Shown: positions 26,068 to 39,239, numbered from the stretch's first letter. The stretch: DNA of 64,000 bases from Octopus vulgaris (GCA_951406725.2 OX597821.1:3162001-3226000), one strand, 5' to 3'. Notes: a model not told the origin generated them from the sequence alone. Translations and numbers: made by a program.

Positions 26068-27004
26068 CATACATATATACATGCATGTATACATTGCTTC
26101 GAAATTAATATTCAATGATCGCGTCAAAGAATTTTAAATTGCAAATTAACTGATTATTTCTGCTTTGATTTTCTCCTTCCTTCACTCTGCTCAGTCGTTA
26201 AACTTCGATGCCATCCTGAAAGTGTTTACGCCATGCTGATTTAGATAAACTTGTTTACCAACTTAAAACATTCCTTGTGAGATTTCTCTTTTATTTGATC
26301 CTTCGAAATGAGTTATCAATAAAATCATTTTATAGCCTTGGTCAGGTGATGCGTGTCTCTTAGAATTTAATTTTGGAGTAGATGGATACTGCAGGAACAA
26401 ATACATTTAAATATGTTACGTCTGACTTGAATTTTCATCGCCTTTTCTTCTTCAATATTAATGTGCTTCATGTCACCATTGATAGCAAAATTTTTAAACC
26501 GATTTTTCCATCATGTCATGGGAAATTTCTTTCTTAATAAAAACTATATGGGATTATGTAGTTAAAAATTCTGAATTATAGTCAATTCAAAAGCAATATT
26601 GATTTTCCTCATGATACGCATTCAGTGAAAAACCATTTCGTCCTTACAAAATAAATCTCCCAGGTTGAAACCATACAAACCCACCCCCTCACACACGTGT
26701 TCCGTACACATACGTACATACAGAAACATATGTATACACGCATTCGTATTAGCAATCATAAAAGACATCGTCGTTGCACACGGACGCAAGTATATGTGTA
26801 TGAGCGACGATGAAGAATTTTCGTTTAAAACTTGCTATGTCTGTCTATATTTTCGCAAGTGTGAAATATATCCTGTGGGAGCTAATTTGATTTGCATAAA
26901 TCTTGATGCGACACACACACATGAACGCGCACGCACACTCACAGACAAAAATGTTTTCAGAGAGACGCACGTATGCACATACACACAGACAGCTTTTACC
27001 GCTC

Positions 27005-27013
27005 TATCTATCC

Positions 27014-27079
<66 letters not shown>

Positions 27080-27101
27080 CTCTATTTATCTCTCTCTCTC
27101 T

Positions 27102-27173
<72 letters not shown>

Positions 27174-27217
27174 ATATATATATATATATATGTCTATCTA
27201 TCTATCTATCTATCTAT

Positions 27218-27252
<35 letters not shown>

Positions 27253-27257
27253 ATCTA

Positions 27258-27296
<39 letters not shown>

Positions 27297-27326
27297 ATAT
27301 ATATATATATATATATATATCATATG

Positions 27327-27363
<37 letters not shown>

Positions 27364-27383
27364 ATATATATATATATATGTCT

Positions 27384-27415
<32 letters not shown>

Positions 27416-27448
27416 CTATCTATCTCTATCTATCTATCTATCTATCTA

Positions 27449-27496
<48 letters not shown>

Positions 27497-27504
27497 TATC
27501 TATA

Positions 27505-27535
<31 letters not shown>

Positions 27536-27578
27536 ATATATATATATATATCTGTCTATCTATATCTCTGCCTGTCTA

Positions 27579-27621
<43 letters not shown>

Positions 27622-27622
27622 A
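27005..27622. repeat. ~620-bp compound (TC)n/(TATC)n/(TA)n microsatellite
   Basis: Direct reading; explains the 216-332 aa ORFs at 26665-27844. Confidence 0.98.
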
Positions 27623-28674
27623 ACTCTCCATCAGTCTACCTGTCGGCATTTCTATTCATTTAAATTTCTCTCTCCCTCTTTTTCTGTCTCTCCATATTTA
27701 TCAGTCGATTTGATTCCAGTTCCAGTTCTCTCATTTCCCAGCTCTCTGTCTCTCTGTCTCTCTCTTCTCTCCACCACTCTGTCTCTATATGTTTGCCTGC
27801 CTGCCTTTGTAAATGTATACATACATACAAACATATATATATGAATATGTGTGTGTCTGACTGTGTGTGTATAAAGTATGAGAGTAGACTCAGATACCGA
27901 GAGCGGAAAACGAATAAGAACAAACTCAAAATACATTAAAATGTTTTAGTAAGAATATTGTGTAGCATTGAAGGAATATTAGCCACCTACTTTCACAAAC
28001 AATATACCCAATTATGCCGTATTATGCTTTTCTGCTTTTTGTTTCTTATAAATATAAGGATGACCTGATTTACTCGAAATCATGTATTTGATGATTACTG
28101 CACTTTTGTTTCTCGAAGACGAACTGGATTTATTTTATAAAAGACAGTAATTATCTTCCAAGGAATTAATATTGAATTAAACTGTTTTCTTAAGAAATCT
28201 ACAAGTACGAGAGCAAAAGAAAAAAAAATGAAAAGTTATTTAAAGAAAGAAATATACTAGTATGAAATGTTTTATGTAAACATACTCCTGTATCGATTCT
28301 GCCGACTGAGTCACTTACTTATACATATACACAATTAATTTAACATACATTCATGTATACACTTATATATATATATATACATACACATACAGACACGTAT
28401 GATTACATGTGTGCGTGGTGAGTGTGTCTGTGTTTATATACATACATATAGATAGATACTCGCATATAGGTAAAACTCATATATAAAAAAAAACATTTCT
28501 TCTAAAATCTAACAATGAAGAAAACTTCGTGCATTTGGGCGTGTAATTTACATAAGTATAATTATAAAATACATGTAATCATCTAAGTAGTTAACAAACA
28601 TTACATAAATCATTGATATCTGTGTATGATCGTTCTATCAGCGGTTTTTCCTTTATTCTTTTATACTCATACAG

Positions 28675-29020
28675 ATTTACTTGTGTCAGTCCTTAGCCTG
28701 CGGCCATGTTGTGTCACTGCCGCGAAGAATTTTTAGCCGAATGCATCGACACCAATAGTTTATTTTTAAAAGCCTGATATTTATTATATCGGAATATTTT
28801 GCCGAACTTCTAAGTTACGGAGATGTAAACACACCGACACCGTTTGTCAAGCGGTGGTGGATGACACACACACACACAAACGGTGAGTTGTTTCAGGTCC
28901 CATCTCCCCAAATCCACTGACAAAATTTTGGTCGGCCTGAGGCTATAGTAGTAGACACCTGCCACGTTGCCACAGAACCATGTGGTTGGGAAGCGAGCTT
29001 CTGACCACACGGCCACACCT
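28675..29020 (-). mobile_element. SINE family A, near full length
   Basis: ctgcggccatg...taagttacggagatgtaaacacacc...ccaaatccact...gctatagtagtagacacctgcc...aaccatgtggttgggaagc. Confidence 0.88.
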
Positions 29021-29104
29021 GTCGATGATTACAACTTCTCTGTTTCACGAATCGAATTTGATTCCAAATATGAAGGTTCCTATGTTTAGTATATATTCTG
29101 TATT

Positions 29105-29320
29105 CTTTTACTTTTTCAGAGATTTCACTGCTGCCATGATGGGGAACCGCCATGAAAGGTTTTAGTCGAACAAATCGTTCCCAGGACTTATTGTCTTAAA
29201 GCCTTGTACTTATCGTACTATTTTGCCGAATTGCTAAGTTGCGAGGACGTAAGCACATCAACGCCGGTTGTCAGTCGCTGCCAGTGTGAGGACAAAGATG
29301 GACACAAACAAAGACATACA
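29105..29320 (-). mobile_element. SINE family A 3' half
   Basis: ttttagtcgaacaaatcg..ccaggacttatt...ttttgccgaattgctaagtt. Confidence 0.8.
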
Positions 29321-29486
29321 CGTTTAAATATACCTATGTGTTATATATATATATATATATATATATAATAAGGGTAAATTAATTAATTTGGAATATTATC
29401 AATTACACCAAGTAGTCTTCGGCATGTAAAAGCCTCATTCGAGGAAAATTTAAGTAATTTATTGCTTAGTATTACCCCCTTTATTG

Positions 29487-29615
<129 letters not shown>

Positions 29616-29624
29616 ATATATATA

Positions 29625-29765
29625 TACGACTGGCTTCCGTCAATCAACTGTACCCACAAGGCTTTGCTCAACCCGAGGTTATAGGAGAAGATATACGTCC
29701 AAAATGCCACGAAGTGGGACTGAAACCGGAACAAGTTTTTTATCACATAGCCACGTTTGCGCCTA
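29625..29765 (-). mobile_element. SINE family A 5' half, degenerate
   Basis: tacgactggcttc...cacaaggctttg...gtgggactgaaaccggaac. Confidence 0.7.
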
Positions 29766-31658
29766 TATTGCTATCTTTTCATACTGATACCAATGACATT
29801 TTAAAATTACTTAAAGTCTCATTTCCTAATTAATTGTAGTAAAGTCTATAAGTATTTTTTGTTCTAAACATTTTTCACTTACAAATGCTGCATGCAATGT
29901 CACGGAGAGAAACAATGCTATTCGGTTATGAAGATCGATTTCCATGCAGATGGTTCCAGCTGTGACTCCACTGAGATACATACTGCTAAAATGCATTCTG
30001 CTGTCTGTATTTGATCGATAACTGATGACGAAATATTCATAGATATTGAAGCTGTGGGGATCTCCCTGCCTTTCTCAGACACACATGTATACATACAACG
30101 TCTCTCTTTTTAAAATGTATCAACTTAACGATTCTATTGTTAATGGTACTGATAAGAAAGAGCTACTACACTGAAATTTGTGCTAGGGTTGATATAATTG
30201 ACGAAAAGACGATTACGCTTGCTGCTCTAAAATGGACTTTATCATAGATCTAGCACAAAATTATTTTCCATGATACTATTCCTTTAATATCCAGAGTGAA
30301 CGGACGGGATAAATTAAATAAATGTGTGGCAACTTGCTTCTGTTCTCTTTTCGTTTCTTTATTTTTAAAGTACTGTTCGTGTGTGTCTTGTGTTTAGAAC
30401 ACGTAACACAGGTAAGATGTCTACTATATGTAGTCATATGCTAAGCGTCTATTCATACAACACAAAACTAATATGTTTCAATCGATATCCGAATTTTCCG
30501 ATACGTGGGAAGGCATAATCAGTTTGAATTTCTAATTTACTGGTTTTCCTATAAAATATTTCTGTTTTAGAAAATTAAAAAAAAAAGAATACTGGCAAAG
30601 ATTTTTCGAGTAATTAAACATATTTTATCTCAAGTGTTTTTCACAGCTTAGTTGAATCTAAAGCCATATAATGTGTTCGAGTTATTATGCTGCTGTGTGC
30701 TTGTTAATACGACGAGATTCAGTAATCATTGAAGTCGCTGTAGGTGGTCTCTTTGAAAGACTGCATATCAAAAACTGTTAGTAAAAACTGGCGCTTACCG
30801 AACTCTGAGAGTGTTAAATTTGCTGGAAGAAAGTTAGGTTATATGGACTAGAGGGGTACAAAATATAAAATGTAGGAGACTAGTGAAGGATAAAATTGGG
30901 GAACGAAAGCAGAAGACAAAGTGTTGGGTAGTAGAGCAGGCTGATGTACGAGACAATATGTATATGAAATTAATTCAATAATTTCCTTTATAATAAAGAT
31001 TATGTAACACGAATTTTTTACATGGTCTACAAGCATTTCTATTTTGTTTAACACACGACGGAAGTTCTGTTTCACGTGTCTGTGGATTATACTATTATGA
31101 ATAAAATAATTTTGTTGACATGATAAAGAGAAATAAGAAGAGAAAAAAGCTTCTAATATTCATATTTAAGTTTTTAAAGAAATTTAATGCAGGAATTGAT
31201 TTCAAGTTTAATATTTAAAACTTGCCAGACGATAATAAATATATGAATCCTAGTAAATATTGTATTACAGACATAAATTGGCAGACGAGTTAAAGAAATG
31301 GCCAAAATACCATGCGACATACGTTATATTTTAGGGTTCAAATTCCATAGATGCTATGTTTGCCTTTCTCGAAGATTCGATAACATTAAACACAATTCAA
31401 AAAAGGAATTGATTTAAACATTTTAAAGTTTTTCTATATTGTGTGTCAATGTTGAAAGTAAATTTAATTTAAGTCATGAGACGGAGGACGGAAGAGAATT
31501 GCTACGGTTTTCAGTATGAATCTTTGAGGATGTACTTGCGAGAGTCACAAAACGAATGTATAATATCAATAAATTGCTTAATTCCTTTTAATAGTGTAAT
31601 TTTAGAAAATACCCAAATACAAAATACAGTTTTGGTGTCAATGGCGTCGATAATATTG

Positions 31659-32062
31659 AGGCGTAGGAGTGGCTGTGTGGTAAGTAGCTTGCTTACCAAC
31701 CACATGGTTCCGGGTTCAGTCCCACTGCGTGGCACCTTGGGCAAAAAATGTCTTCTACTATAACTTTGGGCCGACCAAAGCCTTGTGAGTGGATTTGGTC
31801 GCCGGTAACTGAAAGAAGCCCGTCGTATATATGTATATATCTATTTGTATGTAAGTGTGGGTATATGTTGTGTGTTTGTATTTCTCCCCCAACATCGTTT
31901 AACAACCGATGCTGGTGTGTTTACGTCCGCGTAACTTAGCAGTTCGGCAATATGTGACGGTAGTATAAGTACTAGCCTTACAAATAATAATTCCTATGGT
32001 CGATTTGCTCGACTAAAGGCGGTGATACAGCATGGCCGCAGTCAAATGACTGAAATGAGTTT
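31659..32062 (+). mobile_element. SINE family A, full length
   Basis: ggcgtaggagtggctgtgtggtaagtagcttgcttaccaaccacatggttccgggttcagtcccactgcgtggcaccttgggcaa ... cagtcaaatgactgaaa. Confidence 0.96.
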
Positions 32063-32189
32063 AAAAAAAACAGAGTATACGCACAGCTTGCAGCAGCCCA
32101 CAAAGACGTGACATAGAAACAAAATTATTTTCTTCGTAACTTTACTTCGTTCAATCCAATTGCCGATGCATTCATTCTGTTGCAGCCTG

Positions 32190-32193
<4 letters not shown>

Positions 32194-32282
<89 letters not shown>
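32194..32282. repeat. (TA)n microsatellite
   Basis: Direct reading. Confidence 0.99.
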
Positions 32283-32283
<1 letters not shown>

Positions 32284-32395
32284 AAATTTAAAAACAGGAT
32301 AAAATCTTTTTTAAGAATTTATCAAGTGGTTAGCGTGAAAAACCTCAAAAGGGAACAATTTATTAATTATTCCTTTTAAATATATTTATATATAT

Positions 32396-32665
32396 ATTAA
32401 GGGCATTACTATACATAAATGCCTCACCCTAGGGGGGGGACTCTTAAATTCAAAACTACCATAATAAAACCCATTGCAGCGAACGCGATGGGATGCAACT
32501 CTCGAAGCGAGCCTTCTAAAACCAGATTCTTTTAAAAGCAGGTTTTGAAAGGCTTTCTTTGAGAGTTGCATTCCCTCGCGTTCGGTACAATGTGTTTATT
32601 ATGGTAGTTTTGACTTTAAGAGTCCCTCGTAGCGTGAGGCATTTATGTATAGTAATGCTCTTAAT
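32396..32665. repeat. Long imperfect inverted repeat (fold-back, ~128-bp arms)
   Basis: attaagggcattactatacataaatgcctcac... pairs with ...gtgaggcatttatgtatagtaatgctcttaat; inner tcaaaactaccataataaa pairs with tttattatggtagttttga. Confidence 0.95.
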
Positions 32666-32672
32666 GTATGTA

Positions 32673-32745
<73 letters not shown>

Positions 32746-33468
32746 CATGTGTGTGTGTGTATACATGTGTGTGTGTGTGTGGAGCAAATATTTATATTCT
32801 AGTATACAAATATTAAGGTATAAAATTCGTATCGGAAATCTAATAATTTCACATAACATCAAAAGGTTTAGAAAAGCAAGCACCATCACCATCGAATGTG
32901 TAGTAACGCTGTTTTTCTGTATCATTAAAAGACTATATTTTTGGTCAAGCTACACATTTAATGTAATGCCCACCGTGATCTTGCTTCTGCCCTCATAAAC
33001 AAAATATTTGTTGTAAGTTGCTAAATTTTACACATGCTATAGGATTCTGCCTCATCAAATATCACATAGTAACTACAAGTTTATTGTCGAGAGACAGCTT
33101 TTCATCGCTCTGAAAATATTCACTCGCATGGAAGTAACCATTTGGTATTATATAAGAACGACAAACCTCTTATACTTCAGGTTTATTTCCATCAGAAAGA
33201 GAAGATTTTACTGAAGAAATGAGTTGAAAAGATTATGTTGCTTCTTCAATGATAACCTGTGGAATATGTGTATGTGTGTGTGTGTGTGTGTGTGTGTAAG
33301 TGTGTGTGCTTAGGTTTAATAAACGCTATCGCTCTGCCCGCGCGGTTTATCCGAGTGTGCTTTCAACAAGTTTCCGAGTTCAATATGAAAAAAAATTACA
33401 TACACACACACACACACATTATGTATATATATATATATATAAATCAAATTTATATATATATATTTAGT

Positions 33469-33516
<48 letters not shown>

Positions 33517-34769
33517 ACATATCTGTATTGGAATGTGTGTGAACCACGTGCATGTGTCATGTTTGTGTGTGTGTGTTTGGGTGTGTCTATGTGTGCGTGC
33601 ATGTGCGTGTATATGTCTATGCATAGACTTATAGTGTAATTTCGTATTTGCCAGATTTCAGATGTACCATATATAATAGTGCTTTGATTTAATTTAATAT
33701 GAAATGGTTTAGCCTTGTGTTTGCGTTACCCATCTACTGATTGCGAAAGTTTGCAAATATATTCAAGTCCAAACTACATTTTATATATTTGAATATAAAT
33801 TGCAACAAGAGTAGAATATTTTACTTCAAAATTTGGATGGTTAACTTCAAATTTCTTAACACTAGTTAGATGTTACACGAGCAGAGATTAGATGCACCAT
33901 ATTCCCAAGTACATCATCAATATTTCCCAACGTTAATTTGTTCGAAGGTTTAAGAAACCAACTTACTTAATAAGACATTCATTATTGTACATACGCATTA
34001 TTTTCGTAAGTTTTTATTAGTTTCATTAGAATGCATTTTAGAATACGTCATTTATCTTCTCCGATACGTGCCACTGAAACGAAAGATAATTTAATTTTGT
34101 GTATCTTTATGCTTTCAATAGGGATTTGTATTATTTATTCACTGGCAATTTAGCTCTAATTACGTAGTTTAAAGCATCAGTAATGAGATTTTCATTGCAT
34201 TCTACTTTCCTTAATAGTTTGTTAAATGTATCTACTTCAGATTAACATTTTAGTTCTGCTCGTTGATTTCAGTATAGAGAAACATATGGTGTCTCACTTT
34301 AAATATTTAATGAACATTTGCAGCAATCATCTCTGCTCGTGTGCACTCACAATATAAGCTACCTATATATTCTGCTGAGATATGGCTGCAATTTCGTTTA
34401 CTCAGATTTTTAGCCTTTTCCAAGAAAGTAATTATAATATATAATTTCGGTTTCTTTGACTCATCTAGCATATCATAGAATGTTTTTGAACGAGCTCTGT
34501 CATTAGGACGCGTAATTAGACTATAGACAATTTCTTTCTTAAAACTTCATCAGTTGCAAATTTAAGTAGATAGAAATCACTATACTTTGGCGTGCTAATG
34601 AGTGATTATTGGTATATTACATCAGAGTTCAAATGTCAGAATATCGCCACGTATTGTATTGCTCTATAGAAAATAAGTTCTACAGTTCATCGGAAAAGCA
34701 CAAACACATCAAAAAGAGTAAAGATAACGGCAAAAGCAACAATAACAACGTGAACAACAATTATTATTT

Positions 34770-34982
34770 TAGATTTTGGCAGTACGCCAGCAATTTAGAC
34801 GGAAGTGTCTAGCCGATTATATCGAGCGACAGTTCTCAACCTGTTCTTTACTTTATTGAACACAAAATGAGGAAAGGTAACAAATGACATCGGTGTTATT
34901 TATACACAGAATGTAAAGAGCCCCAAGGAATACACCTAAGCATTTTCACCGACTCCCCTTACAATTCTGCTAGCTCACAGAT
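34770..34982 (-). mobile_element. SINE family B, highly degenerate
   Basis: gattatatcga...agaatgtaaagag...ctaagcatttt...aattctgctagctcac. Confidence 0.55.
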
Positions 34983-35103
34983 TTAAAAGGAAGAACAGCA
35001 ACTCCTACTACTGTTACTCCACCTCCCCTACTCCTCTTCACCCCCGTCGTCATCGTCCTCCTCCTCCTAGCACTACTACTATTACTACTAATAATAATAA
35101 AAT

Positions 35104-35223
35104 GAAGAAGAAGAAGAAGAAGAAGAAGAAGAAGAAGAAGAAGAAGAAGAAGAAGAAGAAGAAGAAGAAGAAGAAGAAGAAGAAGAAGAAGAAGAAGAAG
35201 AAGAAGAAGAAGAAGAAGAAGAA
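35104..35223. repeat. (GAA)n microsatellite, about 40 units
   Basis: Direct reading; gives the poly-F ORF. Confidence 0.99.
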
Positions 35224-36186
35224 TGATAATGACAATTTGCGGTTGCCTAAGGTTAGAGGCTGCAACCCGGTATCCACATAATCCCTACCAGAAATTAGAC
35301 CGAATTTCGGTCCAACTTTGAATAATATTTTATACATCTCAACAGGCACGTCTATTCCTCACGTTCTCTCTCTCTCATCATATATATATATATATATTTG
35401 TGTTAGTGTGCATGTGTGATTCTGTATATGAGTGTCTGTGTATGTGAATATGCGAGGACTTGTGTATGGCTTAGGCATATATAATTGTCATATACAAATG
35501 TGCATATGTGTGTGTATGTGTGTGTACGTGTGTGTGTCTGTATGTGTGTGTGTGTGTGTGCGTGCGTGTGTGTGTAATAGTGTTTGTACATGTACTAGAA
35601 TATTATAGACCTTCTGAAGCATCGTGAAACTGAGTTAACTTGTAGATGGCCACTACAAGGAAAGTAGATATATATTGAAGTAACATATCAGGTTTTCGAT
35701 TTCCGTAAATAATTCACTATTTCGGCGTTAAAAGGCAGCTACTCAACGAAAAAAATAATGGAAGATGAGCTTATGTCTGATCATCACAGCTATCTAGAAA
35801 TACAAAGAGAATACATCAGTCTAATAGTAGTTTTAACTTAAGCAAATGAACCAGCGTTGAACATTTCTCTTGTGGTAAAGTCAGTCGGCAGGATTGATCC
35901 AGAGCGCCACACTCTTATTTAAGCAGCGGCTTATAACAAAGACACTTTCCATTGGAAAATATATAACCGCTGACATGACATAAATTGGATGATATTGTCA
36001 TTGTCAAGGCCGTTAAACAGAATACTGAAGCTTTAGGGCTAAATAAGGTTTTCCACTGAATAAATTTCTATCAAAGACAGGCAAAAATTTTACGCCGCTG
36101 TTTGAGATATAACTACACAGCTCTGTATAGTGCACTTACTCGTACACATACAGAGAGGGAGGGCGCCTATTTTCGTTCGTGATTAA

Positions 36187-36438
36187 TTACTGTTTGAATT
36201 ATCAAGTATTGAAATAGCACGTAAACTTTCTGCTACATCAGTTACTGTCAAGGCATCACGATTTATTAAAGATATCTATGAAGTATGTCCAAAAATCTTA
36301 CCTTCCTGTTCCTTCAACGTTATTGAATTTGAATTTGCTAAAACTAATGGCAACCCTGATCTATGTCAACATCCAGGACAGATGAAACTTCGATGCAGAT
36401 ATTTTGGTAAAAAATATATTACCGATGACATCACATAG
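36187..36438 (+). pseudogene. Decayed coding relic, possibly a non-LTR retrotransposon ORF1 with a degenerate zinc-knuckle region (copy 1)
   Basis: Stop-free frame LLFELSSIEIARKLS...IEFEFAKTNGNPDLCQHPGQMKLRCRYFGKK; a homologous segment lies at 37840-37927. Confidence 0.4.
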
Positions 36439-36489
36439 ATTGGAAGATATTGTCATTATCAAGCAACCGATGATTTCTTATTAGTGAGA

Positions 36490-36608
36490 CAGGTACTTAT
36501 TATATCGATCTGTTTTGCTGAACTGCTAGTTTACGAGGGCATAAACACAGCAGTATCGGTTGTCAAGAGATGGTGGGCGGCCAAACACAAACACACACAC
36601 ACAAATAC
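36490..36608 (-). mobile_element. SINE family A fragment
   Basis: ggtacttattatatcg...ttttgctgaactgctag...tcggttgtcaagagatggtggg. Confidence 0.75.
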
Positions 36609-36629
36609 ATAAATGTAATAATCAGTTAG

Positions 36630-36700
36630 ATTATTGCGGGTGTTACGTTCCAAAACCCACCGCGATAAATGAAAATCCGCGAATTACAGAATCTGTTATT
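36630..36700 (+). mobile_element. Pogo/Tigger-like subterminal fragment
   Basis: ttattgcgggtgttacgttccaaaacccaccgcgataaatgaaaatccgcgaa resembles Tigger-type subterminal sequence (recalled pattern). Confidence 0.45.
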
Positions 36701-37169
36701 AAACGTCAGTATATTCGCGTCTTTTCCCCTGGATATTTACTATATTAGAATTTTAACCCACAGAGATCTACGCAGAATTGTACCTAAGGAATTATGGTCT
36801 TGTTTCTACATCGGAAAGTTGAAATATGAACTTTTCTGCTGCTTTTTTCTTCTCTCTTTTCATCTCCTTATTCCTTTACTCCCTTCCTTTATGTCGTCAT
36901 CTCATTAATATTAACCATTCCCATTTACTTCCATATTTGTTTCTGATGAAGGAATATCTCATGTTCAAGGATATCCCATACCCGAGGAAATCCCAGAAAC
37001 AGCTGTAAGACTTTGAAGTTTTAGAATTTTGAATTCTTCCAATAATAATAATGTATACGACTTGAAATATTTACCTTGCCTTAACGTTTGCTGTCCTCTT
37101 TAACAATATATATAAATGTGAAACAAGGTGGAAAAAAGATTACTCAAATACCAGGGGTAGAGTAATATG

Positions 37170-37246
37170 CTTTATTTAAGAGCAGCAGAAAATTCAACAA
37201 AACCTGTAACAGGTTTTGCTGAATTTTCTGCTGCTTATAAATAAAG
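37170..37246. repeat. Near-perfect palindrome (~38-bp arms, 1-nt spacer)
   Basis: ctttatttaagagcagcagaaaattcaacaaaacctgt-a-acaggttttgctgaattttctgctgcttataaataaag. Confidence 0.95.
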
Positions 37247-37267
37247 TATATATATATATATTTATAT

Positions 37268-37426
37268 ATACGACAGACTTCTTCCAGTTTCCGCCTACGA
37301 AATCCCCTCACAAGACTCTAGTCGGCCCGATGCTATAGTAGAAGCCATTTACCCAAGGTGCCACGCCGTGGGACTGCACACAGAACAATGTGAGTGGGAA
37401 GCAAGCTTCTTACCACACAGCCACAC
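37268..37426 (-). mobile_element. SINE family A 5' half
   Basis: gctatagtagaag...cccaaggtgccacgccgtgggactg...cttaccacacagccac. Confidence 0.88.
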
Positions 37427-37544
37427 ACATCTGAATTTGTTATGATATCTTCTGAAACCATTATTTGTAAGTGTTAGCGGATTTCTGTAACACACAAACA
37501 CGCAGGAAGTGATCCAGGTACATATATAAATTTTAATATAATCT

Positions 37545-37930
37545 GATAAAACTTTTTGTTGATATTAATCCAAATTTAGACGGATACATTAATGATGTCA
37601 CCTCATATGAATTATAGAATGGGAAATATTATTATGGCAACATTGATTTGCACACAAGACATCAACATCATTCGTGAGGTCTATAATACTCTCCCAAACA
37701 AATTATTTCCTTCTTCATCATACTGGAGTTGATAAAATTCATATTCATAATATACTTTGAAAGCATCCATCACATCCAACCTAATTAGAGTACGATTGTG
37801 CGCAATTACAATTACAAGAACTCTTTAGAAATCATAATATTATTGAACTTGAATTTGCTGAGTGTAATGGCAAGGTTGATCAATGTCAAATTCCCGGACA
37901 GAGGAGTTTTTGATGCTTATATTTTGATGT
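37545..37930 (+). pseudogene. Second, diverged copy of the 36.2-kb coding relic
   Basis: IELEFAECNGKVDQCQIPGQ aligns to IEFEFAKTNGNPDLCQHPGQ; IIREVYNTLP aligns to FIKDIYEVCP; contains stops and frameshifts. Confidence 0.4.
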
Positions 37931-37959
37931 CTACTAAGTGTTAATCCATTATAAAGATT

Positions 37960-38170
37960 TAGCATGCTGGCAAAATTGTTAGCATGCCGGACAATAATGC
38001 TCTTTAGAACTTCATCCATCCTTACGATTTGAGTTCAAATTCAGGTGAGACCGATTTTTTTCGTTTTATTCTTTCGGATTGCTGAAATAACTCTCAGTTC
38101 AGTACTGAAATCAAAGAAAGTGATCACCGCTTTCCCTCAAATTTCGGTTCTCGTATGTGTAGTAGAAAGC
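37960..38170 (+). mobile_element. SINE family B, degenerate
   Basis: gctggcaaaattgttagcatgccggac...ttacgatttgagttcaaattc. Confidence 0.7.
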
Positions 38171-38603
38171 ATGTTACAAACATACGTAGACTGATACAGA
38201 TTTGTTTTTATATATATATATATATATATTATATAAAATGCGTTCTCTATGTGTGCGTGTGGCTCCTAGGATATAGGGCATCCTCCATCCGATTGCGCTC
38301 AAATTTGATATGTAGATATCGATGGTATCAGGGCATGTAGAAGTATTGATAACATTACAAAATTCGATTCCAGGTGAGAATGCGATCGATAAAGCCGTGG
38401 CAAATGTTTTTTTTTCTTTGGAATAGAAAAAAGTCTATCTTTATTTCTTCTTTTGCTGGTGTCTCAAATTCAGATTAAATCAGTGTTTCTCAAAGGGGAG
38501 GCCTAAGGGACGGTCGGACAAATTGTTTTGAGAAATTTTGGTTTAAATGTTTGACAACTCAGCACCATCCATTGGACAGAGGTGAGGATGTTTTGCTCGT
38601 ATA

Positions 38604-38654
<51 letters not shown>

Positions 38655-39135
38655 GTATGAAACCCACACGTATTAGACTATTCACTTGAATATATGTTAG
38701 TGTTTCTATTTTGTTTCAGTCAATTATTTGTTTGCAATACTTATTAATGATCTAAAATATTTAAATATTTGCATAGCCGAACTGTCGTTACATTTGGTTT
38801 TGAAGCTATTTCGACATGTTGCATTGTAAAACCCACGTTTCTCGCAAAAATGCCCGTTTCGATATCTTCCGCTTTCTCATATTTCCTTGTGCATGCATAG
38901 ATTTCACTACAAGTGGATGCTTGTGTATGTTTATGTGTATTTACATAGCAAGACCGTGTTCAACGTATATGCATGTTAAATGACATAATTTTTAACGCTT
39001 CTGGTTATTAAAATAAATTTCCTGGAGACGCAGATGGTTGGAGAAATAATGCTATAGATTTGTCATAAAGGATATAAATATACATACATTCAAACATACT
39101 TGAATGCAGATATTTGCGCACACACATATGCGCGC

Positions 39136-39199
<64 letters not shown>

Positions 39200-39239
39200 A
39201 AATATATATATATGTGTATGTGGTGTGTGTGTGCATATG

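Noticed and set aside
26665-27844. Longest ORFs (332, 313 and 216 aa)
   Set aside because: They are translations of (TC)/(TATC)/(TA) microsatellites that lack stop codons.
30383-30417. Plus-strand 14-nt microexon (tttag|AACACGTAACACAG|gtaaga)
   Set aside because: Not frame-preserving; it illustrates that splice-like motifs arise by chance here.
38480-38520. hAT/Charlie-like TIR cagtgtttctcaa
   Set aside because: No partner TIR or 8-bp TSD found; too short to call an element.
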